From Octopus sinensis (lineage: Eukaryota), in assembly GCF_006345805.1 (NCBI RefSeq), contig NW_021834258.1:1-50610 (forward strand): 50,610 bases of DNA. Reading direction: 5' to 3'. Within the stretch, counting starts at the first letter, position 1, and each line of letters opens with the position of its first letter. The position numbers and the translations under genes were made by a program. The notes below the pieces were generated by a model. The model saw nothing but the letters and a program-made list of their open reading frames with translations. It was not told the DNA's origin and did no database searches. Shown here one piece after another: positions 11,966 through 24,966 of this stretch.

Positions 11966-12739
11966 ATTTAGCAATTTTATGACGGCATTATTTGAGAGTT
12001 TAGCTGGAGAGGAAATTATTATTTATAAGGATAATGCTCCAATTCACAAAAAATAAGGAAATTTTGAAGGCAAACAAGTAGAACATACAATTCGAAGATT
12101 TGATGCACCATATTCTCCGCAGATAAATCCATGCGAAGGCTGTTTTTCGATTCTCAAAATCGGGATAAAGACATATTTATACAATCACAACAATCCTCAT
12201 AACGATGTTCATGCAGCAGGAAATGGAAGGAATTTCGAGCACTATTATTACAAAATGCGTTAGAATATTCTATGACAAATCTAACTCGGGAGAAAATTCG
12301 GTATTTTTACAGTAATGCAGAAAAATCATTGCAAATTGTACGATTGGGATTCCATTAACCTGATTAATAAAATTGTCTTTATTAACTCTCATCTTGATTT
12401 AGCCGATTAGAAAAGTCCTTATGTGCGTCCAAACAGCAAAATTTGTCAAAATTTACGTAAAAAGTGTCAAAATTTAACAGCGCATTGTCAAAATCGAACT
12501 GAAAATGGTGAAAAACAACAAAGTATATTTATAACCCCAAAGTTACACATCATAGTGGTAAAAAACAACAGTCATAATTCTCCAATCAAATGCAAAGACC
12601 GTAAGAAAATGTTTGTGCCAACCAGAATACACCTCCAAATCTTCATTACAAGTTTCCTTATCCAATGATAATTCGTTAGAATAAATGCAACCATTAATAA
12701 AATCTTTGTGTAACAAATTGTATTATTAAAAAATAGATA

Positions 12740-14244
12740 TTAATTACGACATGCCTCAGGAGTAGGAGGATGTCCGTGAAAGGCGTCTACCAATTCAATG
12801 ATGGAGACATAAAGGACAAAAACCATAAGCATCAGACTACCCAAAATAACAACATAGTCCAAAATTGCTCGCCACTTGTAGGGACCAAAGTACTGAGGCT
12901 CATCATGGAATGTCATCAACTCGACAACAGCAGGGAGGATAACTCCAAGAGATATCCCACAAAACGCCCCCAAAACTGACATCATCATAGACAAGTAAGG
13001 AATCCCAATCGAAGCTCCTACTGCAAAATAATGTAAAAACAAACACGAAAGAAGCAGTACAGCCAGTCTGACAATCATTTCAAACTTATATTCTCCAATT
13101 CGGCCAATGATTGATTGGAACAAATGAGGTCGATAGAACTGTCCGACAACCAATTTGATCATAACATAGAACTGCAATCCGAACGAAACAAACACCGAAC
13201 ATATCAGCATAAATCGAAGTGAAAGCGACAGACTAAAAGTTGTAAATATAAAAGTACGTGTCATTAAGAGGAAGATTGAGTGCAACAAGACCACAGAGTT
13301 TGTCCCCATATTTCAAATTCCCAAGAAATTGAAGTCCCCACGTAAGAATAACCTGGATGGATAAACAGAATGTATATATTCCCATAAAGTACTGTTTCTT
13401 CTCCATGATAGAATAGAGAGGAAGGACCTACTCACTGAGAGATGAGACAGACCAAAGTGATCCCCTCGACGGAGTAAATACTGGCCCCAAAAAACACAGC
13501 CACACCTCTGAAATCGCCCACTAAACGGAGAGAGGACAGTGGATTATTTGTCAGACTGGAGAAATACAACACCAACAGGACCCCGATGAGTGTGCAAAGG
13601 TTGGCAAACAGTGAAAAATATGACAACAAGTCCAAATCATGTAGGAATATATATATCAGGAGAGGACACGTGACAAAAATAAAATAAGTCGTCAACGAAA
13701 GACTGTTAGGATGGAATTCGTTTATAATCTACTTTAAAACAGTCAGGGTCCCACCTGTCGCATTGTTGAGCCCAGGAATATTATGTACACAGAAGTGGCA
13801 CCAAATTGAAATATAAACACAATGCAATTTGTCATGATTCTTCCAGCCTCCCCAATTTTCCGGGGAAGGAGACTTGAATTTTGAGAGGCGGTGAAAACTA
13901 GGTCCCCTAAATCCAAATGGGGGACCGAGATTTTAGCACATACGTGGGAATAACATCGAACTAGAACTCCAATTTGATAAATGTTGATAATACATAAAGC
14001 CATGAAAGTGGGAATTCCAATCTGTCATTATTTTGCAAAAAAAACCGCGATTCCTGCACGGTTGGCAGCATAAGGGGAGGAAAGGACTCCTACTCCGATC
14101 ATGCCTTTCATCATATTCAGAAATATTCGAATTTCCCTACGAATTGAGACTCGATCGTAACGATGTGTCGGAAATATTTTTGTTAGATCCGTCCGAACTG
14201 ACGAGATGGGCACATTCGTCTTTAACAGATTCTGTGCACGACAT
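12740..14244 (-). CDS. SLC36 (proton-coupled amino acid transporter, Aa_trans family), multi-exon
   Basis: ATG at 14244, intron 14137-14161, then FLNMMKGMIGVGVLSSPYA, FQFGATSVYIIF, LSYFSLFAN, FFGASIYSVEGI, SVLGAFCGISLGVILPAVVEL. Introns are about 23-25 nt. Paralog not resolved. Confidence 0.9.
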
Positions 14245-14749
14245 TTCAATATGTTTTAATGGACAAAAAATCTACTTAACTTTTTCCTATTTATTGTGTT
14301 TAAAATCAAATTCTTTTTTGAATATTACAAATATTATTTAATTCAATAATTTTAAACTTTTCTGGTATTTATTGAATTTAATTGATTTTTTAATCGATTC
14401 GATTTTTTTAAATACAAACACATCAGGTTTTGACCAACCACAATTATTTAAGACAGAGAAAACCACATATAAAAGACTTTTAATAATTTAAATTTATTGA
14501 TTTATCTTTTGTTTAAAATCGATTTCCGTCATCCGCTTTCATTTTTTTCATTTTATTATTTCTAGAATTTTTTTCTTTGTTTTTTGAAACTAACCACTAA
14601 AAAATATTTAAAGGTGTGAAAATACGACTGTAAAATAAATACACGAATCAGTAGATTAGTATGAATAACATTTTTTATGTCTTAACAGAATTTGACGGTC
14701 TTCACGACATGTCAAACTAAAACAGATCTTTTTATGGGTCTTTCCGAAA

Positions 14750-16150
14750 TGTTGGATGAATTCCACTCTTAATTGGAACCCCTATTTGAGTAAACACTCT
14801 AAATTTTGGACAACATACAGTAAAATTACCGGAACCCAAACAAAGGCCGAAGTAATTCCCCTACGAGGATGCCTTTCGAGCCAAGAGGAGACAACTGAAC
14901 TCCTCCGCAATCAGCTTGCATCTGCCTCCTTACCAAAGCCTCCTCGAGTAAAATACACAAGCAGATTAAAACTTTACCCAATTAGTGAATCTGAGAAGCA
15001 ATAAGAGTAGCCAAAAATGCGGCCCCATGATATGACAAGATTCCAATGGTCTGTTTTAAGCATGCACCAGATTGTCTGGTGTATCTGCTTACAAACCTTT
15101 TTAACTCCAAAATATTCAATTTGAAAGGATATGTTTCAAAATCATGGAAAAAAAACAAAGTTCGAATAGTTTGAAAAACTAAGAAACGTAAAGAAGAAGC
15201 CTAATCTGTTATACATCGAAGATAATGGAGAAAATTATATATAAGACTAATATTGCACATAGAGAAGAACCACTTGCTCTCTCAAGATTAGTGGGGTTTT
15301 TACCCAAACCGGTTCTGTGCTGACTGCATTTTTCGACTGAATTCGATAATATCTAAGGCACGAGATTCTGACTTATCGACTTAGTCCTGCTAAAAAACCT
15401 TGAAAACTGTGACATTGATGTGGAAATTCTTAAATGGTTAGAGAGCTTTTTGAATGGGAGGATCTCTTCTGTCAAACTTGGCCAAGATTCAAAAGCCATT
15501 CTCCAAAAAAGGGGAGTACCTCAAGGCTTAGTTCTCAGCCTACTTCTATTTAACGTGTACATGGCAGACTCTCCAAAACCTGTGTTTATCTCAATTAACG
15601 TGCTTATTTATGCTGATGACATTATTATTACGGACGAAGCAATCCTACCGACAACATCGTAAATGAAACTAAAAATCTACTAAGAGCAAATAAAACAGTG
15701 GATGGCATTAAAGTACTTGACTCTGTCAATTGAAAAGTGCACGCTCACTCGAGTATCAGCAAGAAGTGCAAAAACATACACGATTGACGTTATTCAGAAG
15801 ATCCAATCGTTTTTATACCTGGGAGTTCAATTTTCTGAAAATGGAAAGTGTGACGAAGACACACAAATGATCATATCCCTTATTAAATTTCGCCTACCTC
15901 CTGAGACGGTGCTATTCATTTTCCGAGTTGCCATTCTTCCTGTGCTGATGTATGGGCTGGAAGGGTGGATCTTGTCCCCTTCTAAGGCAAGAATTGTTAA
16001 AATACTACAAAAAACTAGAAGACTAGCGCTCAAGGTGGCCTTTGATGTAAATCTACCGAGCTTTCAGGAAACTTTTCCTATGATTGGTGACCTTGTTGAA
16101 AGTTAGTTCCGAAAGTATCTAGAGAAGAGAACGAAATAGCGATGGACGAC
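14750..16150 (+). mobile_element. Degenerate jockey-like non-LTR reverse transcriptase
   Basis: WLESFLNGR, GVPQGLVLSLLLFNVY, IYADDII, PVLMYGLEGW; many stops and frameshifts. Confidence 0.8.
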
Positions 16151-16399
16151 TTTATGAGTAAGGCCTCCTACTGGCCCTTAACTTTATGTCCGATATCTTT
16201 TTTGTGAAAATAAACCTGTCTTATTTTATTGAATCTCGCAAAATTTGGTTTTTTCTCAGGCTTTTGATAATCTATTGGGTTTGCTGATTCTAGTGTTTTT
16301 GAAATTTTTCCACTAGCATCCTCAAAATCTTTTATTTTCAGAATCGTATTAATTATGATAACTGTTAATTTTGAAAATCACAATTCGCCATTTGCCCCA

Positions 16400-17390
16400 C
16401 CGCGAATAGCAAGCGAATTACCTCGCAAGATTGCTATCGATACTCTCTGATACATCCACCTGGTTTCCCTGGAGTCATTTGTTTTCCTCCCAATGGGCTT
16501 CCCGATCGACGAAAGAATCCTTATGTGTTAGGAAGCGATGCGTACTTCCTCCGTTTGTTTTCTTCGGCCGGCGAGACGCAAAGCTAGGACACAACACAGA
16601 CTGAGTAACGGTATCCGGAGCAAAAGTTCCCGCACAGGTTACATCCCATATGAACACTTTCCATCGCTAATGGGAAGACCGTCATCCCGTCCGGACGTTT
16701 GCAGTCTCCGCGATCTGGACCAATGGGCTCCAGAACCGAAGGGAAGCCTGCGGCATTAGGCCCCGTTTGACGACTTTTTTTAACTGGAGTGTCTCGGGGT
16801 ACGTCCAGCGCTTAACCGTGGAGGACATCAGAGTCTATCAACTGTGCACACTTGCACGGATGAGGATGGCAAAGAGTCAAAGACAGGCGCCGAGTCGAAC
16901 TGACTCATCATCAAAAGTAAACCGGCTGAAGATAGTGGGACGGCATTTAACCAGTCCCCTGAGTGTGATTGTGCGGCTGCGTTCATTGAGGCGAGTTCAA
17001 TTTGATCGACGCTTGGTTTCAGGGATTTCACGATTTCTTTACAAATCTGGATGGAATCCTAACTTTTTGAAAATGATCCAGCTCGAGAATGACACAGTTC
17101 GAAATGTTTAGGAAAGGAAAAAGACAGAATTGACAAAATTTCTCGATGTCGAGAGCGAAGATAGGTAGCAAGACAGAGAATGTCCATATACAAGCGGATA
17201 CCAATATTACCGAATAGTAGAGGTAACATTACATGAGTAAGTTTGTCTCCATAGAAGTTAACATTGAGTAATTTCTCAAAAGACTTCCAGATAATAGAAT
17301 CCAGGTCAGACAACAGGTTGAGTTCCAGGAAACATTGGGATAAACGAAGTAAGTAGGTGAGACGCGGAATACAAAGTTAGTTGTAATGAG
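16400..17390 (-). mobile_element. CRE/HERO-like RLE retrotransposon fragment
   Basis: LLNVNF..MLPLLFGNIGIR, QSHSGDWLNAVPLSSAGL, DGRRPDG, WDVTCAGTF. Confidence 0.75.
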
Positions 17391-17879
17391 GAATAGCCCC
17401 ACGTGTGCATGGAGGTCGGAGATTTGTTTCCAGGGTCAGAAATAGATCACGTTTTTTATCCGCGATAGCAGTAGATAACCCTCCACCGGAGATTGGCGAA
17501 CCAAAAACAACCAGATCTTTCAGGGTTGTATGTATAAAGGTAGGTATATTGAACAAGTTATTAAATTTACTTATAACGAAAATGTAAGACAGTAAAATTA
17601 ACAAAAATCTGTCAATAAGGATTTCTTTGTATTTATCTTCATTCAGCACTTGATTTTTTGTTCTGATAAATCAGTCTCCTGGCGAGATAAAATAATGCAG
17701 GGTCTTGAGTGCAAGCAGAGTTTTTGAACATTTGTGCACGTTAATTTATACCTTCGTCCTTATTACATAATCACAAAAATTGCACGTTTTGGGTACGAGT
17801 AGATAACAATACCAACTGTAGTCGACATGGTGTTCGTGATCTAATAAACTTTGTAACATTTGCAACACTTCGAATAGTC

Positions 17880-18480
17880 GAAAACGTTGGATTTAGTGCG
17901 CAACTTGTTCAAATCTATCTCACATTTGCTGTGCCAAAATGAACAAGAGAGCCATGTCTGCTATTCCCACCCCGAATTGTTCTTCATGCCTGGGCATAGA
18001 CCGAAGCAATCCAATATGTCGTCCAAACCCTTCCGACCGGGCTCTGTCCGACCCTATTTCCATCCTGAAGCTCATATCGGAGAGACGCAAATGTCGCAAC
18101 ATCCCTGTGAGGATCCCCAAGCAGCACGAGCTGCTGCGGCCGATGCCTTATCAACTTGCATTCGACTTCTGAGCTTTGCTCCCTGGGTTCTCGGTGCCCT
18201 ATAAAAGCTGATCGGGATACAACATCTCTAGCCACTCGAATGAATAAAAACATCCACTCCTTCATGGCTCAGGAATACTGCTCAGACTCGCCCCCACTCC
18301 AATCATCAAAGTCACACAAACAGACTCAAAGCCGCAAACATGAAATTAGAATACCGAGGGCGGAGTACGGGCATTCCTCAGAAGCCGACGGGCTCCGCCC
18401 TGGATATCTGAAGATACTAATTGTCCGCACAGTTCCAGTCTGGTACACGTCTGCTCAAATCATTACTTGTCTGATAAATC
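17880..18480 (-). other. GC-rich decayed coding-like island, possibly a Upf1/senataxin-like SF1 helicase remnant
   Basis: Minus frame EQSSEVECKLIRHRPQQLVLLGDPH resembles helicase motifs II-III (GQS.E.E.L....KLILVGDP). Other motifs are not clear. Confidence 0.3.
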
Positions 18481-18719
18481 AAATGGTCCAAGAAAATATT
18501 CAAACTTGACATGCGACATTCAATTTTGACACTTTTTGCATCAATTTTAACAATGCGACCGTTTGACAACCTCTGTTCTAGACCTAGTCAGCCTTTCCCG
18601 GAATGACAGTATAAATACTAAACATCTGCACTTTCTACTTCATATTTATAACTCGTTGAATGCTCATTTTTACTGTATAAAATGAATTTAAACTCCATGG
18701 ATATTGAAAATGAGTTTTT

Positions 18720-19460
18720 CATATCTTTTTGTGTTGTGTTGCATTATTACGATGGCTCCATCGTCAAGCTCTATCACCAAAATTGTCTACATTGACGATG
18801 TTGATTCGCTTCGGACAACAATGTTACTTTAATTGATCTTCTAAACAATTCTCCGAGAACTCTCGATAGAAATTAGAGTTAGTGTTGTGAAGAAACTTGG
18901 CTCTCTGTTCGAAACAGCACCTAGCCCTCTACGTGGAATTTACTGGCCATCTAAAATCAATAATCAATCGGTCTACAAACAATATAACGCAGCGGTTCGC
19001 AACCGTGGTCCCAAAAATTTTTTTTAAACAAACAAGATCAGGAATCTCATTGAGTTGCCGTTAAATTGTTTGTTATTTTTATAATTTTCACAAAAATTGT
19101 GCAAAAAATGTTAGCAAAAATATTTATTTTATTTAAGATAATCTTCACCAAATTTTATAGTACAAAAGTAGTCTCCAGTCTAAAAAAAAGTTGAGAACCG
19201 CTGCTATACGTTAATTATGCCCTAACCACAGAAATTTTTGCAAACCGCTGGAAATTTTTGGACACATTTGAAGACTGGGTCCAGCCACTCCCGCTAATCT
19301 CGCAATGCAAAAATACTTAATGGAGTATTGTGAGAAATAATGTGAAAGACTGCGATTTACCCTTCCGGGAGTGTTGGTACGGATCTTAACTCCGTTGTTA
19401 AGAGCTTACAAAACGGTGATGACCAGAAATCTCTACACCCTCTCGCTCACTTGTGATATT
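18720..19460 (+). mobile_element. RTE retrotransposon 3' remnant split by a MITE
   Basis: KKLGSL, LRGIYWPSKINN, RWKFFGH..PATPANLAMQKY. Confidence 0.6.
18990..19203. mobile_element. hAT (Charlie-like) MITE, 214 bp
   Basis: TIRs CAGCGGTTC(G/T)CAAC at both ends and no coding capacity. The 8-bp TSD is not perfect. Confidence 0.65.
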
Positions 19461-19639
19461 ATAACTTTTTTAATGCTCATATGAATGTGTAATAATAACT
19501 GCCTTTAGCTCTTTTAGGATAATTTTATACTTTCACGTTTTATCATGTCTTTTTTAGTTTTTTTCGTAAATGCATGTGCTAGATAATTTGTAAGTCACTG
19601 TCAAATATGTTCTTTGAAGCAAGGAAGTAATTTCTCTGA

Positions 19640-19890
19640 TATTGAATGTTATTGATATGAGTTTTCAGAAAATTCAAAACAAGCTTGGATTAGTGGAAAG
19701 ATATTTATAAACTGGCTAATAAATTTTTATCTTGATTCGAAAAAAAACAAATTTTACTCCTCATCAAACCGTCCCTCGCATTACATTCAGAAAAGTTCAA
19801 AACATCGAAATCGTGTTTTTCTTCAAAATAGCACTGGCTAACATCAGCCTACGGATTTGGAATTATAAAAACTTTTAAACACATTGTCAC
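19640..19890 (+). mobile_element. pogo DDE_1 fragment
   Basis: AWISGKIFINWL..ILLL..NIEIVF..NSTG..QPTD, frameshifted. Confidence 0.5.
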
Positions 19891-19899
19891 CGGTTTTAT

Positions 19900-21100
19900 A
19901 GCCCACTGGGTTGGATAACCCACCTACTGCCATATTTTATAACGACAAACCAACTTAATGAAATAAAAAATTTTGATGACACCACTACTATATACGATAA
20001 AGAGAAAAGGAGAAGGCTCAGGACGCTTAAAAATCGTTTTTGCTTCAAAGTTCCTGAAAAAACGTATATATGAAGCATATGAATACTCATTTTGGTAGAG
20101 ACCAAATATATTCAGTAACAAATGAAGAAATTTGTAGTGTGACGGCAAAATGTGTCTATTGCCAAGTAATGTTATTAATCAGTGTTAATCGAAAAATTTC
20201 ATGGCAACAAAACCAACTATCACCCCCATAATTGCAAGAGGACCTAGAGATCGGTATATTGCAGATTTAGTGGATCTAAGAAGATATTCAAACCTTAACA
20301 GCAATTATGGATGGGTCTTTTTTTTGAATAAGTCATAGTTGGTTGTTGTAATCGACTCTTTTTCTAAATTTGCAGTGGTAAAACTTGCTAAAACGAAATC
20401 AGCTGAAGAAATAACAAGAAAGTTAAAAAAGATTTTCTTCTCAATCCGACCCCCGTTTATCTTGCAAACAGACAATGGGAAAGAGTTCAAGAATAAATGC
20501 ATGGAAATAATGTGCTCCGATTAAACATCACTCATGTGGACGACCTAGAGCACCCTGGGTTCAGGGGCAAGTGGAGAGGTGCATACAACGGAATGCTAGG
20601 GAAATTCAAGGATTTTATCAAGAAATTGTATACAAATATAACACTACACAACATGAAACTACAAATGGGCGCCCTTCAAAATTTTTATGGGGGATAAAAG
20701 AGATTTGGAAAGAACAGAAGATCAAATAAATGCATTGTTAATGTTTGACGGAACAAATGCAGAACAAAGAGATGAGTCAAATTCGAATTATTTTGAAAAT
20801 GACGATAAAAGAACTGAAAAAACAGTGCATTAAAACCTTGTTAAAGCTGGAGAGAAAATGAAAAAACGTCGTAAGTGGAAATATGACGCAGAAAACATTG
20901 AAATTGGAGATACAGTGCTGCTGAAACACGACAGGGATGATAACCTTGGTAACCGTAGATACCCATTATATGACTAACTGGATATAAATAAGTACACAGT
21001 TTCAGAAAAATTTGAAACTACGTGTATTATTATAAAGATAATGGAGAAACAGTATCAAACGTGCATTTAAGTAGATTAAAAAATTTGATTAAAATTTTGA
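19900..21100 (+). mobile_element. Ginger/KRBA2-like retroviral-type integrase transposon remnant
   Basis: HFGRD..CVYCQ zinc finger, RDRYIADLVDL, VIDSFSKFA, ILQTDNGKEFKN, RPRAPWVQGQVER, C-terminal IEIGDTVLL. No RT or LTR nearby. Confidence 0.75.
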
Positions 21101-23189
21101 AATTTTTAAATGAATTAATTCTTATTTTTTATTGACTCCCATTAAATAAATAAAATTTTATTTATTTTAAAAATGTAAAGCACAAATGAATGATGTGTGA
21201 TTTATGCAACAGGCAGAAATATAAAAACTAATAAAAAGAAGAAAATCAAAGTTAATTATATTATCAGATGATTTTTAGATTATATTTATACAACTTTGGA
21301 AAAAATGATTAAAAAATGAAATATTTGATGCAAAAAACAAAAATGAAATTGCGGTCACGTAACTGCTATTAAAATCTTGAAAACGAAAATAACAAAATTC
21401 TTAAAATCACAAACTTTATGAATTTCTTAAAAACAATAACGATGAAAATGACAATTTAAACAGCACAATTACTGAAGTTTCTAAAAGAAAAATGTACTGC
21501 ATCTTAATAATAAAATGGTATGGTGTGTGTCTGTCTGTCTGTCTGTGTGTCTGTCTGTCTGTCTGTGCACACCCACATTCAAATTGTTACAAACCAGATC
21601 AAATTGTCAAAACCTTCCCTTTTGTAGTTATTCGATAATGAGGCACAATAAAAGGTTGATATCCTCTAAGAACCTTCCTGTCAAAAAATTTTAATAAGAA
21701 AGAATATCCTCGACGATGAGGTCCCCCAAAACCTTCAAGTCAAAAAATTAAAAACAAATTATTTTCTGCGTTTTTGTTAAAATGAACAATAAGAAAGTCC
21801 TCGACTCACATGGTGTGGTCCCCCAAAACCTTCGAGCTCTTAATAATAAAATGGTATGGTGTGTGTCTGTCTGTGTGTCTGTCTGTCTGTGCACACCCAC
21901 ATTCAAATTGTTACAAACCAGATCAAATTGTCAAAACCTTCCCTTTTGTAGTTATTCGATAATGAGGCACAATAAAAGGTTGATATCCTCTAAGAACCTT
22001 CCTGTCAAAAAATTTTAATAAGAAAGAATATCCTCGATGATGAGGTCCCCCAAAACCTTCAAGTCAAAAAATTAAAAACAAATTATTTTCTGCGTTTTTG
22101 TTAAAATGAACAATAAGAAAGTCCTCGACTCACATGGTGTGGTCCCCCAAAACCTTCGAGCCAAAAAATTAAACAAAATTATTTTCTGCGTTTTTGTTAA
22201 AATGAACAACAAGAAAGTCCTCGACTTAAAAAATGCACAAAAAATTATATATACCAAAAAACATTAAAAAATGCAAAACTTAAAATCAAATGAAAACAAT
22301 GCAAACAGATAAAAAAAATGAACAACAATAAAGAAAACCAATTTTGTACTTTAAAAATTTAATAACGTATTTTTTCTAAAATATTTTTTTAATGATATTC
22401 GTTCATATTAGACATCTAAATTACAAATTGCCATTTATAAATTACCTTGAATTGACTATCTGTACTCTTCTTCCTTATAATACACAAAAGATGAAGCTAA
22501 TTACTGTTTTCGATCGCCAAAATTTACATGTTCAATTTAAAAAAGCTTTAAGGCCTGTTTATGTTAGAGGCAATTTGAATAGAATTGCATAGCAAATTTA
22601 ATATATAATCCCTTCCAGCCAAAAGAGGCAATCTGAATAGAATTGCATACCAATTAAATATATAATCCCTTCCAGTCAAATAATTTAGAAATTTAATAAT
22701 GAATTTATGCAATTTAACAAGGTCTATAATGCTAATGTTTAAATGCCTTAAAAGATAGAGCCAATTAAAATTCAAATTAGTCATCTAAATTACATTTACC
22801 TTTATTCAAATCTTTCCTTATAATATCTCAAAAAAGTGGCTTATTATCTTTTTAATCGCCGAAACTGACAACCTCAAGTATGCTAATCTTTAAATTAAAA
22901 AGTAAAAAGCAATTTTAATAAAGATTTACATAATTGATTATCTATTGACAAGACATTTATGCGAAAACGCGTAGAAATATTAACTATTTATTTCTGTTTT
23001 TGCGTTAACTTTAAATTTATTTGGGTATGCCTGTTTTAATTATCTATCTTATCGTTCTTAAATCTGTTAAATAACTACTCGGTGTGTTATGTGACTGTTG
23101 ATTCTAATTTAATTTGTTTTTTAAGCTCAAAAATCAAAAATACTCCCCCCATCCCCCCTACAAAAATAGAAGAAAATACAAATCAAAAA

Positions 23190-24490
23190 TTCTATCATTT
23201 TTATTGATGCACCGGGTGGAACAGGTAAGACCTATCTTCTAAATCTATTATTAGCTAAGGTCAGAAGCGAAAATAAACTAGCTTTAGCAGTTGCATCTTC
23301 TGGAATTGCTGCAACTCTTTTAGATGGCGGTCGAACCGCACATTCGACATTCAACATTCCGTTGAATCTCTCATATACTACTGAACCGGTTTGTAATGTA
23401 AAAAAAAATTCAACTACGGGTAATAGAATTATGCATTCTAGGTTAATTGTTTGGGATGAATGTACGATGGCTCATAAAGGCGCATTCGAAGCAGTTGATC
23501 GAACATATAGAGATATCAAGAATTGTAGCGACCATTTATTTGGGGGAGCAATAGTTGTATTGGCAGGTGATTTTAGACAGACGCTGCCAATTATTCAAAG
23601 AGGGACGCCTGCGGATGAATTGAATGCCTGCCTCAATCGTCATATTTGTGGACACACGTGAAAAGGTAAGCTTAGATGTAAATGTACGTGCACATTTACA
23701 AGGCGTTAATAGCATATTCCCACAAATCCTTCTAGATATTGGAAATGGGGCAATCACTTCAGAAATGCAAGACCAGAAAATTAGGCTACCGGAAGAATTA
23801 TGTATTTTCGTAGAAACAGCAGAAGAATTATTGAATGCCGTCTATTCCGAACTATCTGAACACTACGTGAATTTCGACTGGCTGCGTGAACGAGCTATAT
23901 TAGCTCCACTTAATGATGAGGTACTTAATATAAATTTAGATTTATTAATGAAAATCCCTGGCAGAGAAAGAATATATAAATCGGTCGACGTTATTATGGA
24001 CCATGAAAGGGCCTGCGAATATCCTGTAGAATTTTTAAATTCCTTAGATCCATCTGGAATGCCGAATCATCTATTGAAATTAAAAATAGGTGTACCGGTT
24101 GTGTTACTCCGCAATCTTGCGCCACCTAAATTATGCAATGGTACAAGGTTGGTTATCAAGAATTTGATGGCTAACGTAATAGAAGCGACAATATTAACAG
24201 GTAATTACAGAGGTGAGGATGTTTATATCCCACGAATACCTCTGATTTCGGAAGAATTACCTTTTAGATTTAAGAGACTACAATTTCCGCTGAAGATAAG
24301 TTTTGCTATGACAATAAACAAGGCCCAGGGACAGTCTTTAAAGGTAGTAGGCTTATTTTTAGAGAACGAGTGCTTTTCACATGGCCAGCTGTATGTGGGG
24401 TGCTCAAGGGTAGGTAGAAGAGAAAATTTATTTATATTTGCCAAGGATGGACGGACTGCAAACATCGTTTATCCACAGGCCTTAGAATAA
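23190..24490 (+). pseudogene. Helitron PIF1-family helicase domain, no Rep domain and no start codon
   Basis: [84 protein letters not shown]. Confidence 0.92.
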
Positions 24491-24550
24491 GGTTATATCA
24501 AAGCAGGTCGCATTTATATATCTACATAAATTTATACTTATTTAAGGAAA

Positions 24551-24619
24551 CTGCGAGCGTAGCGAGCAGGGCCTCCGCAGGAGCTAGCTCGCAGTGAGCG
24601 AAGCGAACTGCTGAGCTAG
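24551..24619 (+). terminator. Helitron 3' terminus with two tandem hairpin-CTAG units
   Basis: Unit A ends GGAGCTAG (CTAG 24584-24587) and unit B ends CTGAGCTAG (24616-24619). Both carry GAGCG(T/A)AGCGA. CTGCGAGC/GCTCGCAG form an 8-bp inverted repeat. Confidence 0.75.
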
Positions 24620-24966
24620 TATGCAATAAAAAGTGTTATGCAACTCGAAAAATATTGTTGGCATAAATATAGTTTTGATGTAAATATGCTAGAAAGTTTA
24701 ATTACTTAATATACATTCAAAATACGCTATTTTGACATGAACAAATCAATTAAATACATTAAATGACATAATAAAGTTTGAAAATTTTATTTTTACTTTA
24801 TGAAGGATAACACCTTTGTCATCATCGGCCCGAATTATGCGATTGAGATAAACCTGAGTAGCTGAATGTACTTTTTATACGATTTGTCCAAAAACCTTCA
24901 ATGTGAGCACAAAATTTTAACAAGTGCGCTTATTTGTGTAATTAAAGAAATTACAAAACAACTCAA

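Larger units (their letters stand above)
10630..12400 (+). mobile_element. IS630/Tc1-like DDE transposon, degenerate, interrupted by two retroelement fragments
   Basis: HTH-like YIQLARDLGVKRTTAIAIVK, LIEKIENNPLITIKEL, KGVNLNLILAID, IIYKDNAPIHK, PYSPQINPCEGCFSILK. Confidence 0.7.
21502..24619 (+). mobile_element. Non-autonomous Helitron copy 1 (two 5' modules, PIF1 helicase remnant, double 3' end)
   Basis: A|TCTTAATAATAAAATGG 5' end, (GTCT)n microsatellite, GC-rich hairpin and CTAG|T 3' end, no TSD, inserted between A and T. Confidence 0.92.

Noticed and set aside
22567-22680. Two ~57-bp direct repeats and longer diverged repeats inside Helitron 1
   Set aside because: Ordinary internal Helitron subrepeats, also present in copy 3 (44.1-44.5 kb). 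No independent signal.
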